Both the position numbers and the translations under genes were made by a program. The notes under the pieces are model-generated. The model was not told where the DNA came from. It saw only the letters and a program-made list of their open reading frames with translations, and did no database searches. This document shows, piece after piece, positions 10,339-20,797 of a stretch of DNA of 64,000 bases. The first letter of the stretch is position 1. Each line of letters opens with the position of its first letter. This DNA comes from a virus (lineage: Duplodnaviria; Caudoviricetes): IMG/VR virus record IMGVR_UViG_3300028603_000022, positions 64,001 to 128,000 of that record; one strand, written 5' to 3'.

Positions 10339-11163
10339 ATGTCAGATATTAAAGCTAAATTTTTGAATAAAGGTAAAAGACTAATTACTGGAGCCTTGAC
10401 TGGTTTTAGTGTTATGTCTATTCACAGCTTTCAAATAGGTACAGAATTTGGATTCGATCCTTCCGAAGAAGATGAAGTAGCAAGAGGCGATATTGTTTTT
10501 ACAGGATACGCTGGACTTACACAAAGTAAAGCTCTTGCAGATGATACAGTAAGGCACACTATTCTTCTTCCAGAGAATATTGGTCCTTTCACTATTGGAA
10601 ATATCCTAGTTAATGGTACGCATCTTGACGGTACTGTTATTCCTTTCTTATCTATTAGCATGCCTTTTGCTGTTCAAAAGATTAGAAGTGATCCTAATCT
10701 GAATGAGCCTTTGTCTTCCCCTGTTCCCGGAAGCAGGTTTGTTATTCATGTAGACATTAAGCACTCTATTTTTGGTCCTGTTCCTAGCGTTACAGTAGTA
10801 ACTGCTGAATATGCTAATTTAGCGTTCTTTGATTCAGAAAGTTCTGTACCTACTCCTTCATTAAATCCTTATTCTCAATTTGTAGTTAACAATGATACCC
10901 GTACTAAAGCCCCAGCTATGGTTTCTAAGCGTAGTGATGGAACATATTGGGGTATTTCAATGTTTCAGAACTACCGTGATCCTAAATTCGGCATCCTAGA
11001 TGGCGGGGTTTTAGGTGATAAGTATACGCCTTCTCAATATGGCTTTATATCCGGGTATTTCTATAATACCCCTGAAACAGAATATTCTTCTACCGTAGGT
11101 GGCGCCGATTATATAGACGGTGTTAGTAATACAGGCGAAATAATTGGTGGGATCACCTACTAA
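10339..11163 (+). CDS. Tail fibre attachment / structural protein
   Basis: ILLPENIGPFTIGNI resembles fibre N-terminal anchor domains; paralog of previous gene. Confidence 0.5.
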   Translation: MSDIKAKFLNKGKRLITGALTGFSVMSIHSFQIGTEFGFDPSEEDEVARGDIVFTGYAGLTQSKALADDTVRHTILLPENIGPFTIGNILVNGTHLDGTVIPFLSISMPFAVQKIRSDPNLNEPLSSPVPGSRFVIHVDIKHSIFGPVPSVTVVTAEYANLAFFDSESSVPTPSLNPYSQFVVNNDTRTKAPAMVSKRSDGTYWGISMFQNYRDPKFGILDGGVLGDKYTPSQYGFISGYFYNTPETEYSSTVGGADYIDGVSNTGEIIGGITY

Positions 11164-11176
11164 TGGAGTTTTTTAG

Positions 11177-12361
11177 ATGATACGGGTTCAAGCAAGGCGT
11201 GCTGGTTATGTTGACGAGAATGAACTCGTTTACATTGGTGAAATTTTTTATGATGACGCTGAAAAGCGTTTTGGCGTTTTTACAAATGAAAATTCAACTA
11301 CAATAAGATGGTTGCCTCGTTGGGTAAACGAGAATCTTGCGCTTAATATAAATCAAAAACTGACTGGTATCGTAGAGACAGGCGATATTAACAATATTGT
11401 CCTTGATTTTACTAATCAAGATTCAGTTAAGTTTGTTAATGCGTTAACAGGTGAGATCTACATGAATTTAACCCCTAACGGGGCTGTTTTTCTTAGATCT
11501 AATGATAATATATCAGAAATAGCTGGTTCTTCTAACATCGCTATTAACGGTAATCTTCTTATTCCTCGTACAGTAGGAGCTGAATCTACTTTTACCACGT
11601 CTATAGACGGTAATAGTTTTATGTTCGCTCCTAACTGGTATGTTTATTCCTATCCGTCTAGCTCTGGTATGCTAATGGTGTCTTATGAAGACACAGAGTT
11701 AGCTACACCCGATACTATATTACATAGAGCTTTGAGAGTATCTTCTTCTGGTAACGTATCTAACAATGGGTTAAGGTCATTCTTTTTCGATTATCCTTTT
11801 GTAGAAAATCGTTATGTAACTATTACTTTCCGAGTTAAGGGACCAGAAGGCGTTACGGCAACTTCTAGAGTTCTATCCGAAACAGATTCACTTCTAGCAA
11901 GTGCTGAAATAACAGGTACTGGAGAGTATCAAGTAGTTTCTTATCCGTGTTACCTACCACCGTCGTCTTCTAAATGGTGGGCGGTCGATACCCTATTTGA
12001 GCCAGGTAAAGATTCATCTTTTTCGTCAGAATGGCTTGTAGGTGGGCTACAGGTTAACATTGGTACAGTTCCAGCTATATTGGAAAGGCGTACAACCGCT
12101 ATTGAACAGAATCTTGTGGATACGTTATACCAAGAAGGGCGCCTTCTTATAGGTAGCGATACCGTAAAATATCCTGTTTCTACACCTTCTTTAATTCAAC
12201 CTCCAGATAGGGTTTTAATAGTTAACCCCGAAGATGGAAATTCAGTAGTTTCAGATGTGGATTCCACAGGGTTCAACATCGCTATTCATACAACTAGTAG
12301 TTCAAATTTTATTGTTAAATATGCAGCTTTTCTAGCTCCGCTACCTACACCAGATTTCTAA
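11177..12361 (+). CDS. Tail fibre protein with carbohydrate-binding-like domain
   Basis: GEIFYDDAEKRFGV N-terminal module; INGNL..LQVNIGTVP..ERR CBM-like frame. Confidence 0.5.
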   Translation: MIRVQARRAGYVDENELVYIGEIFYDDAEKRFGVFTNENSTTIRWLPRWVNENLALNINQKLTGIVETGDINNIVLDFTNQDSVKFVNALTGEIYMNLTPNGAVFLRSNDNISEIAGSSNIAINGNLLIPRTVGAESTFTTSIDGNSFMFAPNWYVYSYPSSSGMLMVSYEDTELATPDTILHRALRVSSSGNVSNNGLRSFFFDYPFVENRYVTITFRVKGPEGVTATSRVLSETDSLLASAEITGTGEYQVVSYPCYLPPSSSKWWAVDTLFEPGKDSSFSSEWLVGGLQVNIGTVPAILERRTTAIEQNLVDTLYQEGRLLIGSDTVKYPVSTPSLIQPPDRVLIVNPEDGNSVVSDVDSTGFNIAIHTTSSSNFIVKYAAFLAPLPTPDF

Positions 12362-12382
12362 TACTGAAAAGAGATTAAAAAC

Positions 12383-15300
12383 ATGTCCTCATTACTCGCT
12401 GGATATAAATTTCATGTTTTGGCTAGGTATGGTTTAGCTAGTCAGGTTCCTGCTGCTAAAGTAGCAGAAATGCTTTGGGATATGGACACGAAAACCTTTC
12501 GTGTTGGTGACGATACACCAAATCCTCCTCGAATTATGTCTGAAAAGTCTACTGGCATATTCAATTACTCTGATATTGAGTACGCCATGTTTTCTAACCT
12601 TCTTCTTAAAGAAGGCGGAACAATAGATGGTATCAAACCGGCTGATCTTAACAAGAATCGGGGTTTTGTCCATAGAGACAACCCCGGCGAATTTAATAAC
12701 GTAGATTTAGGGTCTAATACTAACAGCATTTATGTTAGCCCGGTAATGCCTAACCCGGAGTTGCCGGGTACTTACAGGGTATCTCTTGATCTGCATCCTG
12801 ATCTTCTTAACCTAATTTCTGATGGATTTGACCTTCGTAATATTCCTTTTGTAGAGAATCTTCCTGCCTCTCTGGAAGCCCCTTTATACAGGTATCAAGA
12901 TACTATTTATTGCTGGAACAACCTAGAACAAAAATATGAAGCTATAGGTGTTCCAGTTATTAGAGATTACGCTAGACTTCCTAATATTCCTGGCCCGTAT
13001 GTCTATATAGATGCTACCAATATAGACGATTTCCGGGTTATGGCTTGGTCTGGTACTCAATATGTATACATTGGTAGTGAAGCCAATGTTATTACCGGAC
13101 CAGAACCTGATGATCCTCTGCCAGGTATGTATTGGTATTACAACAATGTTCTAAAAATCTTTATTAATGGAACATGGATTACTATTGCCTTTGATTCTGA
13201 AACCAGTGAGTTGAACCTTGCAAAAAGAGGACTTCTTCTTCATTGGAGATATGATGATGAGGGTTATGCTTGGGAATTTTGGGTAGACAACCGCAATTTC
13301 AATATGCGGCAGCTAGGTACTACACAAGCTGTTACTACCACTGCTTTCGATGATACGATTGTTGTAGAAAATGCCTATGCGTTCACTCCCGGTAAGTCCT
13401 ACGTTATTTTCGATGAAACTGGATCTAGAGCGGTAATTACCGTTTTTAGTGTTGTTTCTGATACTACAATTCGAGCAGTAGATACTCTCAATATTACTCT
13501 AAATTCAGAAGCTGGTGCCCGTATCGGTTCTTCTTCTTTCTCTATCAATGATAACGGTACTGCTACTGTATTTGGAGATCAAGAATACTTTTCCAGACCT
13601 ATTCGTACTCTACACGCCTGGCCGGGCGGTTCTTTTATTATTCAGAGAAGCAGTATTGATAGCTCAGGTCTCTATACAGTTAGATATAGAGAAGAAGGTA
13701 CAGATATTTGGCAAGAAGCTGAACTTCTACGTACATACGGTGTAGAATTTACGCAATACACAGAAGAAGAATACCGTATACCAATAGGTAACGCTTCAAT
13801 AGAATTTTGGGTATCGTATAAGGGCAATCCTTCTCATAGTGAGATTGTAAACCATTTTGCTCTCATAACTCAATATCAGAATTTCGATTCTGATCGTATT
13901 GAGAAACCTACAAATATAACTCCTGCTCATCAGGCTACTAATATCTCCGTTACTCCTACATTGGAAGGTTCCACCTATAGATCGCTTTATGGGTTATCTC
14001 AAATAGGTGCGCATTTCCAGATTAGTAGAGATAGCTCTTTCTATGACTTAGTGTTAAATACATCAAGCGATACGCTAGTTTCATGGGTAGGTGTAACTGG
14101 TTACACTGGTGTATATAATGATGTAGCTATAATTGAAGGCAGAGAAGCTATTGCTGTAGGTAATGCCGGCGTTTGTATATATACTGATGATGGAGGTAAA
14201 ACGTGGGACGATATTAAGGGATCAAATAATAACGCTCTCAATGGTGTAGCATGGAATAACTCTGATACCATCATAGCCGTAGGCGCATCCGGTACTGTTA
14301 TTTATACCAATGATTACGGTAATACTTGGGTTTCTGCGGCTAGTGTTGATGGATTTTCTGGAGCTATAAATTCTGTAGCTGCTCACGATTCCAATGCAGT
14401 TGCTGTAGGAGCCAATGGTAAAATTCTAGCTTCTATTAACAAAGGAGCTATCTGGTCATCTTCTACTCAGGCTGGAGGATTCTCCGGCATGTTCTTCGAT
14501 GTTGCGATGACTACTACGGGTCGTTGTATAGTTGTAGGGGCTGCTGGTACTATTCAAACTTCCGCTAATTATGGTATTGATTGGGTTCCTCGTACTCCGG
14601 CAGCCGCCTTTAGTGGGCAATTTAGGGCTGTTACTCTTACAGAAGATGGGTTTGCTATAGCTGTAGGCGCGAACGGAACTATCCAGACTTCTTCTGATTA
14701 TGGGTCAACTTGGCAGAGCAGAACCGCGGCTAATGGTTACGGTGGTACTTTCCAAAGCGTTCATATGGTCGGTATGAAGGCTGTAGTCGTAGGCGATACT
14801 GGTGAAATTCAGACTTCTTATAACCGCGGACAAACATGGGTAAAACGCCCCGCAGGTTCTGGTAATACCAATGCTTTCAATGGTATTGCTATGAATGATG
14901 AACCTTACGCTATTCTTGTAGGCGCTGCCAATACTATTCAGCATACCTATGTTCTTGAAGGTCAGGGAACAACCTTTACCGTACCTTCCGGTGCGGACCT
15001 TCTAGCAATCAATAATTTGTATTGGTGGCGTTGTAGATATCAGGATTCCGTAGGTAAATGGTCATCATGGTCAGATGGAACAGCTTTTGCTACACAATCT
15101 AGCTTCAGTTTCGTGGGACAACCTACAAACATTGCTCCCGCTTCGGACGCTACGAGTGTTTCTAATACCCCATCATTACAATCTAGTAACTTCACCTATG
15201 GTGGTTCTATACCAGATACTCATGGTTCTTCCAGATGGCAAATAGCAACTTCTGCGGATTTTGTAGCTCCTATCTATGATTCTGGTGATACTAGTGATCT

Positions 15301-16831
15301 TCTACAACACGCTGTTCCCGGTTCTGCTGGTCTTTCAAACTTCACTACATACTGGTGGAGAGTTAGACACAGTGGAGCAACGATTGGAGCAGGTCCATGG
15401 TCTATTCCTACTAAATTCAGGATCAGGGCTGTACCCAATACACCTACGATTATTAGTCCGGTAACTGGTTCAATAGGAGTTACTCTTACACCTACTATAA
15501 TGACTAGCCAATTCAGGTCTCAAGATCCAGCAGCTATACATGTTTCTTCTAGATACCAATTTGCTACAACATCCAATTTTAGTAATATAGACCATATATC
15601 CGGAGATATTCCGGGTACGTCTTACACCATACCATCAGGTATTCTTAATGCTGCTACTAAATATTGGATCAGAGCGAGACATTTAACTACAAATGAAGTT
15701 ACGTCCGGTTGGTCTCCAGCCATCGATATTACTACTCTGGTAGTTAATATTACTACTCCGGCTGTTACAGTATCCAACGTGACTGGTACAACAGCTCTAT
15801 TAAGAACTACTCCGTTTAGTGTTACTTCGGGAGCTAATGATTCTCATCTGAACACCGATTGGGAAATTAGAACTACAAATGACGGGGCTGGGACTCTTAT
15901 TTGGAGTTCTATGGCTAACTCTACTAATAAGCTACAAATTACAGGTACAGGCTTACCGCCTGGAACTACACTTTTTGCAAGAGCTAGACATAGAGGAACT
16001 CAATACGGCAACAGTAATTGGTCTCCATTTATTTCTTTTGAAACTCCTACTATTACAGGTCAACAGGTTTATACTGTGCCTGGAACCTATAATTTCACAG
16101 TTCCGGCTGGAGTATTTTCTATCAGTGGAGCGGTATGTGTAGGCGGTGGTGGTAACGGTTACGCCGGTTCTGGAGCTGCTGCGGGGGCTTGGGGTTCTAA
16201 CGGTACAGGTGGAGCTGGTGCTGGCCTACGCTGGAGGAATAACATTCCAGTAACGCCCGGTACTAACCTAGTTATTGTAGTTGGTGGTCCCGGACAGGCT
16301 TCCTCTATTCAGAATCTATTGATGGCTGACGGAGGCCAACACGGTGTTCTTAACGGTAGCGCTGTAGGTGGTGGAGGTAGCTTGTATGGTGGAACTGGTG
16401 GTGGCGGTAACGGCGGTGGTTCTCACTTAGCCGATTCTCGTAGAACCTCTGGTGGTGGTGGAGCAGGTGGTTACATGGGTAATGGCGGTACTGCTAGTTA
16501 TGGTGGTCCTGTAGCTACTCCCGGTGGCGGTGGTGGAGCAGGTGGTAATCATGGTCTCCATTCTCCTTCTAGCTGGTTGTCTAGTGGTGGTGGGGGAGTA
16601 GGCTTAATTAAACTAGGTGTAACTGGTAGTAACCCAAACAGAGGAGCTACAGGTGGATCAGGTGGTGAAGACGGTGTTGCCCCAATGCATGACCCAACCC
16701 CTCGTCCGAATGGCGGCCGTTGCGGAGGCGGCGGCGGATCTAGAAACGGTTCAACTTTCGGACTTGGTGGAAACGGTGGCGTTAGACTTATATGGGGTCC
16801 AAACCGCTCCTACCCGAATGATTCTGATTAA
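12383..16831 (+). CDS. Large tail fibre/spike: beta-propeller (BNR/YCF48-like) repeats, Fn3-like domains, Gly-rich tip
   Basis: Repeated AVGxxG.I..S.D.G.TW blades; Y.WR.R....G.WS Fn3 repeats; Gly-rich C-terminus. Confidence 0.75.
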   Translation: MSSLLAGYKFHVLARYGLASQVPAAKVAEMLWDMDTKTFRVGDDTPNPPRIMSEKSTGIFNYSDIEYAMFSNLLLKEGGTIDGIKPADLNKNRGFVHRDNPGEFNNVDLGSNTNSIYVSPVMPNPELPGTYRVSLDLHPDLLNLISDGFDLRNIPFVENLPASLEAPLYRYQDTIYCWNNLEQKYEAIGVPVIRDYARLPNIPGPYVYIDATNIDDFRVMAWSGTQYVYIGSEANVITGPEPDDPLPGMYWYYNNVLKIFINGTWITIAFDSETSELNLAKRGLLLHWRYDDEGYAWEFWVDNRNFNMRQLGTTQAVTTTAFDDTIVVENAYAFTPGKSYVIFDETGSRAVITVFSVVSDTTIRAVDTLNITLNSEAGARIGSSSFSINDNGTATVFGDQEYFSRPIRTLHAWPGGSFIIQRSSIDSSGLYTVRYREEGTDIWQEAELLRTYGVEFTQYTEEEYRIPIGNASIEFWVSYKGNPSHSEIVNHFALITQYQNFDSDRIEKPTNITPAHQATNISVTPTLEGSTYRSLYGLSQIGAHFQISRDSSFYDLVLNTSSDTLVSWVGVTGYTGVYNDVAIIEGREAIAVGNAGVCIYTDDGGKTWDDIKGSNNNALNGVAWNNSDTIIAVGASGTVIYTNDYGNTWVSAASVDGFSGAINSVAAHDSNAVAVGANGKILASINKGAIWSSSTQAGGFSGMFFDVAMTTTGRCIVVGAAGTIQTSANYGIDWVPRTPAAAFSGQFRAVTLTEDGFAIAVGANGTIQTSSDYGSTWQSRTAANGYGGTFQSVHMVGMKAVVVGDTGEIQTSYNRGQTWVKRPAGSGNTNAFNGIAMNDEPYAILVGAANTIQHTYVLEGQGTTFTVPSGADLLAINNLYWWRCRYQDSVGKWSSWSDGTAFATQSSFSFVGQPTNIAPASDATSVSNTPSLQSSNFTYGGSIPDTHGSSRWQIATSADFVAPIYDSGDTSDLLQHAVPGSAGLSNFTTYWWRVRHSGATIGAGPWSIPTKFRIRAVPNTPTIISPVTGSIGVTLTPTIMTSQFRSQDPAAIHVSSRYQFATTSNFSNIDHISGDIPGTSYTIPSGILNAATKYWIRARHLTTNEVTSGWSPAIDITTLVVNITTPAVTVSNVTGTTALLRTTPFSVTSGANDSHLNTDWEIRTTNDGAGTLIWSSMANSTNKLQITGTGLPPGTTLFARARHRGTQYGNSNWSPFISFETPTITGQQVYTVPGTYNFTVPAGVFSISGAVCVGGGGNGYAGSGAAAGAWGSNGTGGAGAGLRWRNNIPVTPGTNLVIVVGGPGQASSIQNLLMADGGQHGVLNGSAVGGGGSLYGGTGGGGNGGGSHLADSRRTSGGGGAGGYMGNGGTASYGGPVATPGGGGGAGGNHGLHSPSSWLSSGGGGVGLIKLGVTGSNPNRGATGGSGGEDGVAPMHDPTPRPNGGRCGGGGGSRNGSTFGLGGNGGVRLIWGPNRSYPNDSD

Positions 16832-16846
16832 TCCATTCAAGAAAAC

Positions 16847-16879
16847 TATTTGGGGAGTCCATTTGCGGCTCCCCAATAG
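16847..16879 (+). terminator. Stem-loop after the large fibre gene
   Basis: ctatttggggag...ctccccaatag imperfect inverted repeat. Confidence 0.45.
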
Positions 16880-16883
16880 TATA

Positions 16884-17036
16884 ATGGAAATGGTTGTTAA
16901 GGCTATAGGGATATCAGGGGCTATAGAAGAAGCTCTAGATTATTATAAAACAGTCTGTTTGGGTGAAGAAATACCCGTAGTTTCAGCCGTAATTAATTAT
17001 GCCACTAATGAAAAAGTTTGGTGGATTAAGGAGTAG
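16884..17036 (+). CDS. Small hypothetical protein (50 aa)
   Basis: 3' part of listed ORF 16653..17036 from ATG 16884; fills gap and carries the next gene's RBS. Confidence 0.4.
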   Translation: MEMVVKAIGISGAIEEALDYYKTVCLGEEIPVVSAVINYATNEKVWWIKE

Positions 17037-17038
17037 AA

Positions 17039-17611
17039 ATGTCTTGGGTTGGTTTTTATAATGGAAAGCCTCAAGAAATAGTACATATTCAGCCGGAAGG
17101 GGAAACTTCTGAAAATTTTGAATGGTTGGAAGTTTCAAATGATTTGGTCCCTTATGTTAATTCTGAATATGTAGCGGAAAATGGTAAGGTTATTCCACCG
17201 TCCAAAGAATATTTTATTAGTCAATTGAAAGCTGATTTAGCTTCTATCCGGTGGAACGCCCAAAATTACTTTGTTGAGTACGATGGGAAGCAAGTTAGAA
17301 CGGATGATGCCACTTTGGCGGCTCTAACTAGTAAGATTATGGATGTTCAACTATCTGATAAGAAAGCTAAAGAGTTCTCTTGGAATTTCAAAGGTCTTTC
17401 GGAATTTTTCACTATAAACTATGACGACGCTGTTAAAATTCGGGAACTTATTAGCGGACACCAGCAAAAGTGTTTTGATAGAGCTTCTGAAATAGAGAAA
17501 GTTCTAGATGGTCAAGGCAAAAAAGCTAAAATACTAGATATTCTAGCGGTATTTCTTGAAGAAGTGTCTAAAGGATGGCCGTTACCGGATAAAGCCGAAG
17601 GCACATACTAA
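17039..17611 (+). CDS. Tail fibre assembly protein, DUF4376-like
   Basis: KADLASIRW..DGKQVRTD..W.FKG..HQQKCF pattern; follows a fibre gene. Confidence 0.6.
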   Translation: MSWVGFYNGKPQEIVHIQPEGETSENFEWLEVSNDLVPYVNSEYVAENGKVIPPSKEYFISQLKADLASIRWNAQNYFVEYDGKQVRTDDATLAALTSKIMDVQLSDKKAKEFSWNFKGLSEFFTINYDDAVKIRELISGHQQKCFDRASEIEKVLDGQGKKAKILDILAVFLEEVSKGWPLPDKAEGTY

Positions 17612-17623
17612 GAGGTTTTAACA

Positions 17624-19105
17624 ATGACCGCTAGTCGCGTAGTATCCAGAATAGGTTTAGAATCTCAAATACCCCCACTACGCCATGGCGAAATGGGTTA
17701 TGACACTGATACCAAGAATTTTCGTGTTGGTGATGACACCGCTCAAGCTCCTAAGATACTTACTAATAAGACAGAAGCTTTTGACTTATCTAACCTTAAA
17801 GACCTTACTCTTAGCGTAGAAGTTCTTGATTTAATAGCTAAAAGAGGTATTGACGGTTGGACACCTGTTTTAGGTACTCAAACTAGCGGAGATAGAGAAC
17901 TCCTAGTAATTAGAGACTGGTCTGGGGGAGAAGGAGTAAAACCAGAATACCCACTATATGTTACTGCTACAGGGTTATCTACTGATATAAATTTAGCTAC
18001 CAATATTAAAGGTAGTAAAGGACAAAACGGCAGCGCCCCAGTTATATCGTTTTCTATTGAAAACGGTGTACTAAAGATGGCTGTTATGAACCCCGATAAT
18101 ACGATGGGGCCGGTGTCTAGCACCATTGATGAAGACGGTCATCTTATTCTAGAATATTCAACTGTTGAAGGCACATCGGTAACTACTGATCTAGGCAAGG
18201 TTCTTATACGTTATATAGGTAATTATGATCCAGATCAAGTATATGAACCTCTAGATGAAGTTACTGTAGATAATAAACTCTACAGGGTAAGATTTGATTC
18301 AGAATCTGTTCAAGGCGTTTACGTAACTAATACTAACCATTGGTCTCTGGTATTTGACTATCTGTTAGATGTAGGCACAGAATTATGGGCTGTTCAAGTA
18401 GATAACCTAGACGATAGGGACGCCTACGATAATGAAGACGTAGGTACGTCTGTTTTAGTAAGCGATGTAGGCAATGGTAAGGCTGCTGTATTTTCTAGAA
18501 TAGGTGCCGCCGGTAATTGGACTAATCCGGCGTATTTAACAGGTCCAGAAGGTAATACCTATGATTCCTATGGAGTTTCTGTTTATAAACCGGGTGGGGT
18601 AGATTTAGGTGGATATTACGCGGAGCGTAATGCCAGTTCTAATAGTATTCAAACTAGGTTGTTTGCGGAAATTCTAAGTGGGTCGCCGGGTTCTTCGGTT
18701 GTATTCTATATAGACGTAGGCGGAGTTGCCTATGGTCAATACGAAATAGTATATGGATATCCAGTTAACCTTACAGATTTGAACATTCCAGTTAGTATAG
18801 GTGACTCTGTTACTTTCTTTGTAACCTATATTAACAATGTAGATGAGTTATTTATTAAGTTAGGTGGTAAGATTGTCAACGGTTCTGGATCAGGTGATTT
18901 CCAGACAGCGGTTAAAAGATTTACTGGCAATAATAGCGCTACTGTTTTTGATACTGAAATTGTTGAAGCTACTACTAATTTGACTTCTGTTTATATAAAT
19001 GGTGTGTATCAACAGAAAGATTCTTACACGTTGGTTAACGGGGTTATTACTTTTTCAGAAGCTCCATCGTCTTCTCATTCCATTGAAGCTGTTATTATTT
19101 ATTAG
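17624..19105 (+). CDS. Tail fibre / structural protein
   Basis: GEMGYDTDTKNFRVGD N-terminal module shared with 12383; C-terminal VYINGVYQ..ITFSEAP domain. Confidence 0.65.
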   Translation: MTASRVVSRIGLESQIPPLRHGEMGYDTDTKNFRVGDDTAQAPKILTNKTEAFDLSNLKDLTLSVEVLDLIAKRGIDGWTPVLGTQTSGDRELLVIRDWSGGEGVKPEYPLYVTATGLSTDINLATNIKGSKGQNGSAPVISFSIENGVLKMAVMNPDNTMGPVSSTIDEDGHLILEYSTVEGTSVTTDLGKVLIRYIGNYDPDQVYEPLDEVTVDNKLYRVRFDSESVQGVYVTNTNHWSLVFDYLLDVGTELWAVQVDNLDDRDAYDNEDVGTSVLVSDVGNGKAAVFSRIGAAGNWTNPAYLTGPEGNTYDSYGVSVYKPGGVDLGGYYAERNASSNSIQTRLFAEILSGSPGSSVVFYIDVGGVAYGQYEIVYGYPVNLTDLNIPVSIGDSVTFFVTYINNVDELFIKLGGKIVNGSGSGDFQTAVKRFTGNNSATVFDTEIVEATTNLTSVYINGVYQQKDSYTLVNGVITFSEAPSSSHSIEAVIIY

Positions 19106-19115
19106 GACGATTTAG

Positions 19116-20438
19116 ATGAATATCATACCATTTATTGATAGAGCAGCACCTTTAAATAATAATTCAGCAGTTTCTACGCTAGGTAATGAACGAAAGGGGG
19201 TTGTTTTTGATTTTCTTAATATGCAAGCTTATATAACTAACCCTGATAACCCAGAGCACTTTTATGCCGGCCACCCTTCTGGCGTTTTATCTTATACAGC
19301 ACCTTCTCCTAAGTATGTACACAACGCTTCTGGTAAATTAGAATCCAGTGTATCATTAAGGTGTGACCACGATCCTTACACTAAAGAACCGTTAGGGGCG
19401 TTAATAGAACCTCAAAGTACCAATTTAAGTACGTATTCTGAAAGTTTTGACAATTGGACACTTACCAATGCTACTTTTAGTAATAGTAGTATTCCTTCTC
19501 CTATATCCGGAGTAAATTATAAAAGATTAGACGCTTTAGGAGGAGTTACCTCCAATATCAGGCAACAGTTATCAGGAGTAGGCGTTGCGGGAGGTATGAC
19601 ACTCTCAGCATATGTTAAAAAAGGTTCTGGAGCTACGCATTTAGGACAGTTTGCTATCCGCGATCATACTAACAGCGACACACTTATTATTTATAATTTT
19701 AATTTTGATAATGGCTCTTATACCACAATAGGCGGTACTCAAACAGCTAATTCTACCTTGAAAGCCCAAAGAATCAGTATAGACGAATGGAGAGTATCCG
19801 TTACCTGTACAGCCGGAATAAGTAACGGTAGCCAAATGTGGATATATGTTGGTAACGCTGGTTTAACTACACCTTCCGCTCAACATATGTATATGACTGG
19901 AGTTCAATTTGAACCCTTACCATATTCTACATCGTACATAAAAACAGAAGCTTCTTCTGTAACTAGAGCAGCGGATAATATAACAATGCCACTCACACGT
20001 ATTCCATTCAATACGCAAGAAGGTTCCGTTATTTCAGAACATTTGGTAAGACTATACGGTGTAACACCCACATACCCCGCAGTTTGGGCATTTTTAGGTT
20101 TAGGCAATAATGTTATACACTTGTATAACCAAACTGTTAGTGGAGCTGTAAGAATTTTTATAAACGATAATATTGGAGTGTTAACCGACTTTGGTACAGG
20201 TTTTTTTACAACAGGTGATAAGGTAAAAGTAGCTGTAAAATTTGCAGAAGAAGAAGTAGCAACTTCTGTAAATAATAGTACACCTGTGATTACCTCTCTC
20301 ATTAGAGCATTACCGGATTTAACACTATTATCTATAGGAAGGTCAAGCTCCACAACTTTGAGTAGCCATGTTAAATCATTTGTATACCTACCACGTCTTT
20401 TATCTAATACAGAACTTCAAGAATGGAGTACATTATGA
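19116..20438 (+). CDS. Spike/fibre protein with LamG/ConA-like domain
   Basis: GALIEPQSTNL, QFE..YSTSYIKT..VTRAAD, PRLLSNTELQ family motifs. Confidence 0.7.
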   Translation: MNIIPFIDRAAPLNNNSAVSTLGNERKGVVFDFLNMQAYITNPDNPEHFYAGHPSGVLSYTAPSPKYVHNASGKLESSVSLRCDHDPYTKEPLGALIEPQSTNLSTYSESFDNWTLTNATFSNSSIPSPISGVNYKRLDALGGVTSNIRQQLSGVGVAGGMTLSAYVKKGSGATHLGQFAIRDHTNSDTLIIYNFNFDNGSYTTIGGTQTANSTLKAQRISIDEWRVSVTCTAGISNGSQMWIYVGNAGLTTPSAQHMYMTGVQFEPLPYSTSYIKTEASSVTRAADNITMPLTRIPFNTQEGSVISEHLVRLYGVTPTYPAVWAFLGLGNNVIHLYNQTVSGAVRIFINDNIGVLTDFGTGFFTTGDKVKVAVKFAEEEVATSVNNSTPVITSLIRALPDLTLLSIGRSSSTTLSSHVKSFVYLPRLLSNTELQEWSTL

Positions 20439-20797
20439 ACGATGGATTAGAATATTTTTCTTGGTCTCCTACTCGTGAGATTTTTGTTCAAACAATGACA
20501 GATCTAGTTAATCCTGTTACTGGACAGCCTCTTGCTAGCGTAGAAGACGATGTGTTAATACCTTCTGAACATGTAAGGATCGACGAAATCGGTCCGATAG
20601 TTAAAACTCCAGCTACTTATGACGAAGAAGGTAATGAATTAACTGCTGCAATTATGGTAGAAGGACACCACGTTAATTTATGGGCTGTAGGAGAGTTGGC
20701 GGACCTTCTTAGAGTCCGTAATAATAACGTTGATTATGCTACAATAAATTCCGCCTTACCTAAAGAAAATAAAAAAAAGATTTCGTATGGCAATTAG
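20435..20797 (+). CDS. Fibre-associated small protein, probably chimeric at its 3' end
   Basis: DEIGPIVKTPATYDEEGNEL..GHHVNL; GGAG RBS before ATG 20435. Confidence 0.55.
   Translation: MNDGLEYFSWSPTREIFVQTMTDLVNPVTGQPLASVEDDVLIPSEHVRIDEIGPIVKTPATYDEEGNELTAAIMVEGHHVNLWAVGELADLLRVRNNNVDYATINSALPKENKKKISYGN

Noticed and set aside
16140-16800. GGY-rich periodic repeats (also 7930-8580)
   Set aside because: These are glycine codons of Gly-rich fibre tips, not a non-coding array.
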